From IMG/VR virus record IMGVR_UViG_3300022885_000008: 64,000 nt of DNA, one strand, 5' to 3'. This document shows, piece after piece, positions 1 to 7,431 of the stretch. A program made the translations under genes and the position numbers. Source of the DNA: an uncultured virus (IMG/VR IMGVR_UViG_3300022885_000008) (Duplodnaviria; Heunggongvirae; Uroviricota; Caudoviricetes). Under the pieces are notes generated by a model, which saw nothing but the letters and a program-made list of their open reading frames with translations, did not search any database and was not told the origin of the DNA. How positions within the stretch are numbered: position 1 is the stretch's first letter; each line of letters opens with the position of its first letter.

Positions 1-69
1 GGAGGGATTCGAACCCCCGAACGCCGCCTTCCAAAGACGGTCCGTGTGGCCAACTGCAGGAACACCTAG
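1..69 (-). tRNA. tRNA-Pro(TGG), 3' end outside window
   Basis: Minus strand: anticodon stem CCGTC/GGCGG with loop TTTGGAA; T arm GGGGG-TTCGAAT-CCCTC; C1 start; weak D stem. Confidence 0.75.
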
Positions 70-86
70 ATAGTGTTATCATCACC

Positions 87-125
87 AACAATACTAAGAT
101 ACGGAACATTACCCAATAATCCAAA
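87..125 (-). promoter_or_regulatory. Bacteroidota-type promoter (TTTG-N20-TATCTTAG)
   Basis: Copy of the repeated motif CGTATCTTAGTATTGTT with TTTG exactly 20 nt upstream. Confidence 0.75.
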
Positions 126-151
126 TCTTTTTGAAACTTTAACATATAGAT

Positions 152-877
152 TTAAATCCATCCGTTCTTATGTGCTGGAAATTCTGCATCGTAACCAGTC
201 AATAATTTACGTGATACGACCCTTTCAGACGCTCGCCTACGACCTTTTTCAATCTGTCGTTCATCCTTATTGGGCTTGTAACTATAATTCTTAAAAGCGC
301 CTAAGTGACGAAGTTGATTATATCGATTATATATCTCAGCTAACTCTTGTTCTATGATTTCATCATGTTCTGCATAATGAGTTACATATCTACGTTTATA
401 AACTATTTCATAATAATATTCTGGTACTGTACAAATATAGTGGCCCTTTGACCACCAATAATGCCCAGAAGCTTCTTGGTAAATGAACCAACTTTTTAGT
501 TCTTCATCATCTAATTCATCATATATATGCGCGTGGATACCATACAATGACCCAACTACGGCCCGGTTATTATAAGAGCCCCAACTTGCTTGAACTCTAT
601 CTTTCTTTTTGGGATTTTTAAGTGAACGTCTATGATCCTTTTTGTCTTTAATAACAAAACTTTTAGGATGACACATGTTAATTGCAGTCTGCAATTTATC
701 ACTATCCATTCTATTAGCCGCCTGTTTGGTCAATCGCAATTTAACATACCAACCATCTTTAATTGGTTTGTCATATGGTATCCACGTTACATTTCGTGAT
801 CGGCTATAATAATCATGCAATTGGACCTGAACATTATAAGCTTCTTTTTCCCGATGATATTGTTTATTTCTATTCAT
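152..877 (-). CDS. hypothetical protein
   Basis: 241-aa ORF on the coding strand between tRNAs. Confidence 0.75.
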   Translation of the reverse strand: MNRNKQYHREKEAYNVQVQLHDYYSRSRNVTWIPYDKPIKDGWYVKLRLTKQAANRMDSDKLQTAINMCHPKSFVIKDKKDHRRSLKNPKKKDRVQASWGSYNNRAVVGSLYGIHAHIYDELDDEELKSWFIYQEASGHYWWSKGHYICTVPEYYYEIVYKRRYVTHYAEHDEIIEQELAEIYNRYNQLRHLGAFKNYSYKPNKDERQIEKGRRRASERVVSRKLLTGYDAEFPAHKNGWI

Positions 878-891
878 ACTATTATGTACTT

Positions 892-967
892 TGGTAGGGG
901 TAACAGGACTCGAACCTGCGACTTCTGATTCCCAAAACCAGAGCTCTACCAGCTGAGCTACACCCCT
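892..967 (-). tRNA. tRNA-Pro(TGG), CCA encoded
   Basis: AGGGGTG acceptor, loop TTTGGGA, GTTCGAGTC T loop, ends ACCA. Confidence 0.9.
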
Positions 968-1088
968 ATAATTGACATCTTTTTGACGGTGTATTAACTA
1001 GTATACTTACCATCCTCCACAAAAGCGGTTACTTTTACTACACTAATCGCTAAATTAATGTGATGACTAAAAGCACGTAACAAAATTG

Positions 1089-1162
1089 AGCTCCATATCC
1101 GATTCGAACGGATGACCTGCTCATTACAAGTGAGCTGCTCTAGCCAACTGAGCTAATGGAGC
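1089..1162 (-). tRNA. tRNA-Thr(TGT)
   Basis: GCTCA-CTTGTAA-TGAGC anticodon arm; complete cloverleaf. Confidence 0.95.
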
Positions 1163-1179
1163 TTGTTTGATTTTTATCT

Positions 1180-1422
1180 TTATCCTTCGATGGGTTGATT
1201 AATCGGAAATATAGTTTTATGTATATCAACGGAATCTACCCAGCATTTGGAGTCCCAGAACGGTGGTGTTTCATACCAGTCAACGTAATAAGTCTGGCTG
1301 ATAGCTGCCCATTCTAACCAACGGGTTTCATCGTTTAAAGTTTTGGGAAAAAATAAGAATCGTTTGATAATTCTTGAATCATTTTCACTTGGATACCATT
1401 TCGGTTCTCGTGTCCATCTCAT
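1180..1422 (-). CDS. hypothetical Trp-rich protein
   Basis: 80-aa ORF in a tight gene string. Confidence 0.65.
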   Translation of the reverse strand: MRWTREPKWYPSENDSRIIKRFLFFPKTLNDETRWLEWAAISQTYYVDWYETPPFWDSKCWVDSVDIHKTIFPINQPIEG

Positions 1423-1577
1423 TTTAAATATTGTTTATATTTACGTTCCATTGATTCAACAAATGTAATAATATCATCTGCTATTTCTTCTCTTTCACCA
1501 TGCGGTACTTTTCCCAGAAGGTTACTTAATCTGTCTATAAGCATGGAAGCCACAATTGCGTCTACATCCCGTTCCAT
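1419..1577 (-). CDS. small hypothetical protein (52 aa)
   Basis: Hand-translated MERDVDAIVASMLIDRL...; stop overlaps next start (ATGA). Confidence 0.6.
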   Translation of the reverse strand: MERDVDAIVASMLIDRLSNLLGKVPHGEREEIADDIITFVESMERKYKQYLK

Positions 1578-1588
1578 AATAGTTTTGT

Positions 1589-1810
1589 TTAAGTGTTTAC
1601 AAATGTCTTTTCTTCTATTGCCTTACGTATGTAACGCATAAAAAGTATTGCTTTGTCTTTGCTTTTTAATACTCCATCACCAATATCTGATAGTGGAACT
1701 GGAAATAGGTAAAGTTGCTCGTCATGGAAGACGTTATAATAAAATATGCCATTCTTATAGAAAGCAAATTGTACGGTATTGTCTTTGACAATATCTTTAA
1801 TGTTAAACAT
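1589..1810 (-). CDS. hypothetical phage protein
   Basis: 73-aa ORF. Confidence 0.7.
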   Translation of the reverse strand: MFNIKDIVKDNTVQFAFYKNGIFYYNVFHDEQLYLFPVPLSDIGDGVLKSKDKAILFMRYIRKAIEEKTFVNT

Positions 1811-1850
1811 ATTATTTTATTTATGTAATCGGCCAAATTGCCATTCGGGG

Positions 1851-1935
1851 TGGGGCCCCAGAGATTCGAACTCCGAACGTATCTTACGTAAGTGATTTAC
1901 AGTCACCATGCTTCAACCAATTTGCATAGAACCCC
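1851..1935 (-). tRNA. tRNA-Tyr(GTA)
   Basis: GTGA-CTGTAAA-TCAC anticodon arm, long variable arm, GTTCGAATC. Confidence 0.9.
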
Positions 1936-1938
1936 GGT

Positions 1939-2742
1939 TTAAATTTTATATTTTATGTTCCATTGTTCAATTTTATACTTAAGTTCATCTATAGTAATTG
2001 AGCAATTTGTATACTTTTTTACGTTATTAGCGTGAATCATTAAGTTACAGTTTGCCGGGTGTGATATGATACCAGGTGGAATTCCTGCCGCAAATCCAGC
2101 ATTTACTGAAAACATATGGTCTCTAGATACACCCGTATGGTTATCACCTCTATTCTTTGCGGTGTACCATCCGTATTGCTCGATTAGTTTGAAATTAAAT
2201 TCATCTGAATAATCCGATAAATTGAAATTAAATTTTGTATCTAGTTGATATTTTCTATATTCTGATATGGTTTTTCGTGCGTATTTATTTCCACATAAGC
2301 GTGTACAAAATTTGTTATTTCTTTTTTTGTAATTGAGAGTGGTATTACATTGTTTACATCTATTCGGATGATGTTCATAGTATTCGAGCCACTCCGGTCG
2401 ACGTTTCCTATTAGAATACCTTATATTCTTTAATGCTTTACTTGATAACGGTTTTCTGTTTTCTACTATTCTATTTAAATTAGTATGGGTCGCTGCACAA
2501 GATTGACTACAGAATATATTTCGTCGTTTATCAAACGAAATCGTATGATTGCATTGTTTACAAAATGACGGATTTAATTCATATTCTTTTTTACTCACGG
2601 CTTTTTTTTGCTTAATGTAATCATGTAACCCCGCGTAACTTCTAATGTATTTATTTACATAATAGCTTCTACACGACAGCGAACAATAAATACGCTTACC
2701 TTCGGTGTTATTATTGCATTCTGTATTTTTACATTTAACCAT
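1939..2742 (-). CDS. HNH-type homing endonuclease with repeated CxxC...FC(S/T)xxC zinc fingers
   Basis: Three Cys-rich repeats; C-terminal SRDH...HPANC...H..N..K motif; free-standing between tRNAs. Confidence 0.7.
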   Translation of the reverse strand: MVKCKNTECNNNTEGKRIYCSLSCRSYYVNKYIRSYAGLHDYIKQKKAVSKKEYELNPSFCKQCNHTISFDKRRNIFCSQSCAATHTNLNRIVENRKPLSSKALKNIRYSNRKRRPEWLEYYEHHPNRCKQCNTTLNYKKRNNKFCTRLCGNKYARKTISEYRKYQLDTKFNFNLSDYSDEFNFKLIEQYGWYTAKNRGDNHTGVSRDHMFSVNAGFAAGIPPGIISHPANCNLMIHANNVKKYTNCSITIDELKYKIEQWNIKYKI

Positions 2743-2804
2743 ATTATTCCTTTATATATAAATATAAGGAAAGTGGAGAGCCACGTTTATGAAACGTAAT
2801 TTTC

Positions 2805-2882
2805 TGGTGGAGGTGGGGAAATTTGAATTCCCGATCATCGCATGCAAAACGACTGCTTTAGGCCAGACTAAGCTACACCCCC
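2805..2882 (-). tRNA. tRNA-Ala(TGC), CCA encoded
   Basis: G3-U70 pair, loop TTTGCAT, ends ACCA. Confidence 0.92.
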
Positions 2883-2885
2883 ATT

Positions 2886-3368
2886 TTAATTAATTAATCC
2901 ATTCTTAATACCACGGTGTATATAATTCGAATGAGCTATATTCTTTTCATTTGCGTAACCTATACTTAAGTGTAAACCAAAGTAAGGTCTTTCAGTTAAT
3001 CCAAGTTCTGTTCTAATTAGATGAAGCGAAGACCTTGATTCTTCAGTCACGTCTAACCACCAGTACTTGCCATCAGATTTTACATTTTCATCTAAGGTAA
3101 TTGTCAGAAGCTTTCCGTCCCATTTGTTTTTGATGGAATTCCAAGTATCTTCATCACCTGTAAATCTATCATTGATAAATGATATGTGGGCCCCTCTAAG
3201 CGGTTGGTTAAGAACTAAATTATACCGTTTTTGAATAAACCAAGCGTAGTAATTATCTACGTCACAATTAAACATAATCATCGATGTTCTTTTCCAGTAT
3301 GATTGTTTAGTATGCTTTTTGGTTTTATCCTTTGGATCAAATAGTATTTTACCTGTTATTGTAAACAT
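2886..3368 (-). CDS. 2H-phosphoesterase-like protein
   Basis: Two HxS motifs (GAHISF, GLHLSIG); start reset to MFTITG because the longer ORF runs through tRNA genes. Confidence 0.6.
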   Translation of the reverse strand: MFTITGKILFDPKDKTKKHTKQSYWKRTSMIMFNCDVDNYYAWFIQKRYNLVLNQPLRGAHISFINDRFTGDEDTWNSIKNKWDGKLLTITLDENVKSDGKYWWLDVTEESRSSLHLIRTELGLTERPYFGLHLSIGYANEKNIAHSNYIHRGIKNGLIN

Positions 3369-3383
3369 TACTAAAGTGAGTTG

Positions 3384-3456
3384 TAACGCGTACGGGATTC
3401 GAACCCGTGACTCCGGCTTGAAAGGCCAGTGACTTAGACCGCTTGTCGAACGCGTC
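3384..3456 (-). tRNA. tRNA-Glu(TTC)
   Basis: CTGGC-CTTTCAA-GCCGG anticodon arm; canonical cloverleaf. Confidence 0.95.
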
Positions 3457-3471
3457 GTTATTAAATAATTG

Positions 3472-3544
3472 CGGAACCTTCCGGTAACGATCCGGAATCT
3501 CAAGGGCTTCAACCGAGCGCATAGACCATCTTTGCTAAAGTTCC
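3472..3544 (-). tRNA. tRNA-Phe(GAA), atypical
   Basis: GGAACTT/AGGTTCC acceptor, loop TTGAAGC, imperfect anticodon stem, T loop ATCGTTA. Confidence 0.65.
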
Positions 3545-3551
3545 ATTTTTG

Positions 3552-3635
3552 CTGACACGGTGAGATTCGAACTCACGTTGGGATTTCTCCGGATGATTAA
3601 CAGTCATCTACCATCGGCCACTCGGTCACATGCCA
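3552..3635 (-). tRNA. tRNA-Asn(GTT) with long variable arm
   Basis: GATGA-CTGTTAA-TCATC; U1-A72, G73; extra GGA-GAAA-TCC hairpin. Confidence 0.88.
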
Positions 3636-3663
3636 AAATTTCGTTGTTAATGTGTTATCCACT

Positions 3664-3702
3664 AACAATACTAAGATACGCAATAATATCTGTATATACA
3701 AG
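3664..3702 (-). promoter_or_regulatory. Bacteroidota-type promoter (CTTG-N20-TATCTTAG)
   Basis: Repeated motif copy. Confidence 0.7.
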
Positions 3703-3716
3703 CCCTTTGCCAAACT

Positions 3717-4370
3717 TTAACAAATCTTTTTATTACCTATAAATCTACCCAAATTCCATCCTTCAGTTATATTATCTTCTTTATTTATTTTTTTATTTTC
3801 CGTTCCGTTCGTAATCCAACAAGTACCATATTGAGAATTAGATGTTCCTAATCCCTGGCCTTTACTAGATTCACTCATTTTCTTTTTAGCTGCGTCTGTG
3901 TGTAATTTTCCCTTCGGCCACGGATTATATTGGCGTTTCATTCTACCGTCCAATATGGCCTTTCGTCTACCGTTATTCAACCGGCCAATCATATATTTAC
4001 CCCATTTAGAATCAGATGCCCATTTATCTCTTAGAATTTCGGCCGCAGCGTATCCGCCCTTTCTAGCATTTTCAATGGAAAATCCACCGCGTCCACCAGG
4101 CTTAAGATTCATACATTTTTCATCTTTGATTAAACCCAAATTTACAATTTCAGATTCTCTTTCCATAAGTAGTTTTCTACTATCGAAATATTCTAAGATT
4201 TCTAAATTGAATTTATCTTTTCCGTGTTTTTTAATTGCACGTCTTAATCGTGTTCCACTACCCAAATACCCATCATTTAAGTCATTGGTTGAATGGGCTC
4301 CAATATAGAAATTTCCATTTCTTAAATCGGTTGTTTTATAAATGTAATGATATTGTTTTTCTTTCCGCAT
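3717..4370 (-). CDS. GIY-YIG homing endonuclease with NUMOD3
   Basis: YIYKTT...FYIGAH..YLGSG; HTDAAKKKMS. Confidence 0.9.
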   Translation of the reverse strand: MRKEKQYHYIYKTTDLRNGNFYIGAHSTNDLNDGYLGSGTRLRRAIKKHGKDKFNLEILEYFDSRKLLMERESEIVNLGLIKDEKCMNLKPGGRGGFSIENARKGGYAAAEILRDKWASDSKWGKYMIGRLNNGRRKAILDGRMKRQYNPWPKGKLHTDAAKKKMSESSKGQGLGTSNSQYGTCWITNGTENKKINKEDNITEGWNLGRFIGNKKIC

Positions 4371-4407
4371 GCATATAAATATACATTAGGTACAAAAAAC
4401 GTTCCAG

Positions 4408-4480
4408 AGCGCAATGTCGGATTCGAACCGCGTCCTCTGATTGGAAATCAGATGCTTTAGGCCACTAAGCTACATCGCGC
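4408..4480 (-). tRNA. tRNA-Gly(TCC), apparent 8/4 fold
   Basis: TCTGA-TTTCCAA-TCAGA; 8-bp acceptor GCGCGATG/CATTGCGC, shortened T stem, U73. Confidence 0.8.
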
Positions 4481-4633
4481 ATGTCACTTTACGTTTCAAA
4501 GTGTAAGCAGGTTTAGTCACTAACTTTCCTTTATCCGAATCTTTTACAGTTAATAATTATTACTGGATCCAAGGTAATAATTGCGGGGTATTATTTCGGG
4601 TTTCAATATAGGCTCCAACCTATACTAAGAATG

Positions 4634-4711
4634 TGCTACCGACTGGATTTGAACCAGTATTTTCAACCAGTTACCTTTATTCTACTTATCAGGTAGAGGG
4701 GATACGGTAGC
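4634..4711 (-). tRNA. D-arm-less tRNA-Ile(GAT)-like RNA
   Basis: Perfect acceptor GCTACCG/CGGTAGC, TCTAC-CTGATAA-GTAGA, ACTGG-TTCAAAT-CCAGT; only 7 nt where the D arm should be. Confidence 0.75.
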
Positions 4712-4726
4712 ATCAAGCTATTCAAT

Positions 4727-4781
4727 ATGTCAAAGAACCATCAACAGTACTAAGATAAGTAAAATTGATTGGAATCACAAA
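4727..4781 (-). promoter_or_regulatory. promoter plus boxA-like element (GTTCTTTGACAT)
   Basis: TTTG-N20-TATCTTAG followed by an rrn boxA-like 12-mer at 4727-4738. Confidence 0.65.
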
Positions 4782-4825
4782 CTATTAACGTTAAATAATT
4801 GTTAATAATGTGTGATTCATAAAAG

Positions 4826-4900
4826 CGGCTCGGACGGGATTCGAACCCGTGTCCTTCGCAGAGACAGTGCGCTATCCTTGACCAACTAGACCACCGAGCC
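4826..4900 (-). tRNA. tRNA-Asp(GTC)
   Basis: GCGCA-CTGTCTC-TGCGA arm, G73. Confidence 0.9.
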
Positions 4901-4906
4901 AATGTG

Positions 4907-4974
4907 TATTTAAAGAACAATGTTACGTGTACTGTAACAGTACTAAGATACTAATTTTTTACCGAATTTACAAA
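4907..4974 (-). promoter_or_regulatory. promoter plus boxA-like element (GTTCTTTAAATA)
   Basis: TTTG-N20-TATCTTAG with a boxA-like motif at 4907-4918. Confidence 0.65.
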
Positions 4975-4992
4975 TATTTTTGAAGTTTTTAC

Positions 4993-5025
4993 AAAAAAAA
5001 ATGGGAAGTTCTATTGAACCTCCCA
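4993..5025 (-). terminator. intrinsic terminator
   Basis: TGGGAGGTTC-AATA-GAACTTCCCA followed by a T-run. Confidence 0.85.
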
Positions 5026-5055
5026 CTTGGAATATAATTATATTATAAGCGGAGG

Positions 5056-5187
5056 TTATGTGGCCAATTCCTTTGTATCAAACACATTATTAGTGTTTAA
5101 ATTGGCGCGGGTCGGTTGGATTGGTTCCGTTCTATACGGGCCAGCAATCGCTTCGAGTCTACCTAGTTTATAATTTGTTGCTTTCAT
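5056..5187 (-). CDS. 43-aa ORF, possible leader peptide
   Basis: MKATNYKLGRLEAIAGPYRTEPIQPTRANLNTNNVFDTKELAT* directly before the terminator. Confidence 0.45.
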   Translation of the reverse strand: MKATNYKLGRLEAIAGPYRTEPIQPTRANLNTNNVFDTKELAT

Positions 5188-5220
5188 CTGTTATAAGTAT
5201 ATCGGTTTATTAAAACCGTG

Positions 5221-5291
5221 TTGCCCGCTTCGGGGTCGAACCGAATTAACAAGTCTTATGAGAACCTGTCCTTTTCCACTAAGCCGAGCAG
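5221..5291 (-). tRNA. atypical tRNA(CAT), Met or Ile2; possibly degenerate
   Basis: Loop CTCATAA, T arm TTCGG-TTCGACC-CCGAA, truncated D arm. Confidence 0.55.
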
Positions 5292-5294
5292 TGT

Positions 5295-5747
5295 TTATTT
5301 TTGTCTAGCGGCCCGTTTTCTTTGTTCTCTAATAAGAGCCGCTTCTTTTATTTTCTTTCTTGTTTCTGCGCTAGGTGATCCCCATTTTTTACCTGTAGAC
5401 CACTTTCCAATTTTAGCCTTAGTTTCATCTGTATGAGTTTTACCTTTGAAATGAGGTCCGCCTTTGCCGCCAATAGCTGAATTATAATTGGTATCAGTTG
5501 AAATAAAGCTTTCGGTTACAATCTCCATTTCCTTATCATTCATTTCATCTTCTGAATCAAATACAAACAATATGACTTTCTTAAAAGTTTGCCTTCCGTG
5601 TTTCTTAATAGCATTGTTTAAAGCTATACCTGATCCCAAATATGAATCATTTATTTTTTTGGTTTGGTGCTTTCCTATATAAATTTTATTATTTAATAAA
5701 TTTATAGTTTTATAAATGGTATAATATAACTGTGTTTCCTTCCGCAT
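5295..5747 (-). CDS. GIY-YIG homing endonuclease with NUMOD3
   Basis: TIYKT...IYIGKH..YLGSG; HTDETKAKI. Confidence 0.88.
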   Translation of the reverse strand: MRKETQLYYTIYKTINLLNNKIYIGKHQTKKINDSYLGSGIALNNAIKKHGRQTFKKVILFVFDSEDEMNDKEMEIVTESFISTDTNYNSAIGGKGGPHFKGKTHTDETKAKIGKWSTGKKWGSPSAETRKKIKEAALIREQRKRAARQK

Positions 5748-5783
5748 GTATATAAATATACATTGAGTCAGAAAACGATCGGG

Positions 5784-5856
5784 TGGCGGATGAAGGATTC
5801 GAACCTCCGACCTCCGGATTATGAGCCCGGTGAGCTGGCCACTGCTCTAATCCGCG
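5784..5856 (-). tRNA. initiator tRNA-fMet(CAT)
   Basis: CGCGGAT start with 1-72 mismatch, CCGGG-CTCATAA-TCCGG. Confidence 0.9.
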
Positions 5857-5874
5857 ATGTTTATTTTTATTGTA

Positions 5875-6905
5875 ACCTTGAGACTATAGGTTTTACACTG
5901 ATACTTTTGTTACCGTACCCATAAGGTGCTACCCTACAGTTAATAACTTATCCACTAACCCATCGGATTAGTATACCAGCAATACCGCCTTTTTTAAAGT
6001 GTGGCTTTTCACTTGTCATAATGAAACTACTCGACTTTCATCCTTTTCCTGACCTTGCGAGCCATTCATTCCTGCTAAGGAATTAGATGTGGAATTCAAT
6101 CAAATCATATCTGCCTTGCGAGCGTCAATGATTCTGTGTTACTTTTCAGTCACAGAATTAGGTAATTTGTTTTTCATTACCGTAGTGGCCTTTGCGTTTT
6201 GTTTATACTTGCGTATAATAGTGTACGAGTCGAACGTACTACCTTTCGTTTAGAAGACGAATGCTCTACCAAATGAGCTAACTATTGAAGTTATTTAAAT
6301 CCACCGAGATGTGCCACTACGGTCGCTTCATATCTTTTTGGGATACAAAATACAACACACCTCATGCGTTTCGGGCTACCAACCCTACTGTGCCATATTT
6401 CAAGATTAATAGGAATCTTTAACGATTCCGTTTACCTTTTATATTGAATAACCGCTTTTGTACTGGTGGTACTTTAACCGTTATTCTACAACTTGTCTAA
6501 TTTTGAGTTCGAAGATTTAGCGTGACATAGCAGGGTGCTAACCCTTTTGCTCTCACCGTGTGGCACCGAGCTTATCTTTCCCAAAGACTATTATCAATCA
6601 ACTTATTCATATCAACCAGTTTGGATCTGATTGCTGCGCTTGGGAGCGTAGTAAGATGTTGCTTGCTTAAATGAACTTATTGCTAAGCGGAAACGTGTGG
6701 AACTATTTCCTTTCATATTCTTACGAATACATATTCTTTTTTTAGACAATACACCTTATCGGCGGCTATGCCGTTCACGCGTCGATGTATTGCCAAATGG
6801 ATATCAAGCTACCCATATATTTTAAAACTACTTTTTGGAAGCCAAAAGCAACATTATCTATACTTCATCCCAGATTCCAAGTCTGAGCCTATAGTCTTAA
6901 AGACA
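5875..6905 (-). ncRNA. large structured ncRNA, GOLLD/ROOL-like, with embedded tRNA
   Basis: About 1 kb with no ORF; ends pair (5881-5890 with 6888-6897); many GCAA/GNRA hairpins; 11-bp helix 6179-6189/6313-6323; inside a phage tRNA array; family not confirmed. Confidence 0.7.
6215..6287 (-). tRNA. tRNA-Arg(TCT) embedded in the large ncRNA
   Basis: TTCGT-CTTCTAA-ACGAA; GTACG-TTCGACT-CGTAC; C1-A72 mismatch. Confidence 0.82.
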
Positions 6906-6938
6906 TATAAATTACATTTAGTTTAAAATGCTTTCATC

Positions 6939-7013
6939 ATGTTAAAGAACAAGATTCGGAACCTTTTCCGAACCAACAATACTAAGATACGTAATTTTCA
7001 TCGAAATACCAAA
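6939..7013 (-). promoter_or_regulatory. promoter plus boxB-like hairpin plus boxA (GTTCTTTAACAT)
   Basis: TTTG-N20-TATCTTAG; hairpin TTCGGA/TCCGAA at 6955-6972; boxA-like motif at 6939-6950. Confidence 0.7.
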
Positions 7014-7053
7014 TTTCTTTGGACTTTTTTTGAAAAAGTTATCCACATTGTAG

Positions 7054-7128
7054 AGCGGTAGGGTGGATATGAGCCACCGGCCTTCTAGTTGGTAACCAGA
7101 CGCTCTGACCAGACTGAGCTACTACCGC
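7054..7128 (-). tRNA. tRNA-Gly(ACC)
   Basis: TCTGG-TTACCAA-CTAGA; GCG/CGC top pairs and U73; variant T loop CTCATAT. Confidence 0.8.
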
Positions 7129-7134
7129 AAATGT

Positions 7135-7425
7135 TTTATCAAATTAGCCATGTTTCCATGTTACCGATTACGCCACGAGGAGGCTTTGATGTGTAATCGT
7201 CTGGGTTTCGTTGTTACTTGGACCTTATCTATAGTTGATCCTTTCACCGTTGTATGTTATTTTAAATCGCCGTCTGCCTAATACCCTTTACAGGGACGAT
7301 TATAATGTTAATGAATTCTTACGGTATTATTGCCCAGTGTTGGATTCCATACCAACATATCTTCCTAGAAAAGCGTCCTTTAGATGGGTTAACATCGGAT
7401 ATTGGACTAACTGAACACCGTCATC
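7135..7425 (-). ncRNA. candidate structured ncRNA (about 290 nt)
   Basis: ORF-free interval between a promoter and tRNA-Gly with several hairpins. Confidence 0.4.
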
Positions 7426-7431
7426 ATCACC

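Noticed and set aside
968..1085. Possible small RNA between tRNA-Pro and tRNA-Thr
   Set aside because: Only weak AT-rich stems; not distinguishable from a spacer by eye
3369..3742. ORF extension to 3512 and the + strand ORF 3560-3742
   Set aside because: Both overlap clear tRNA genes
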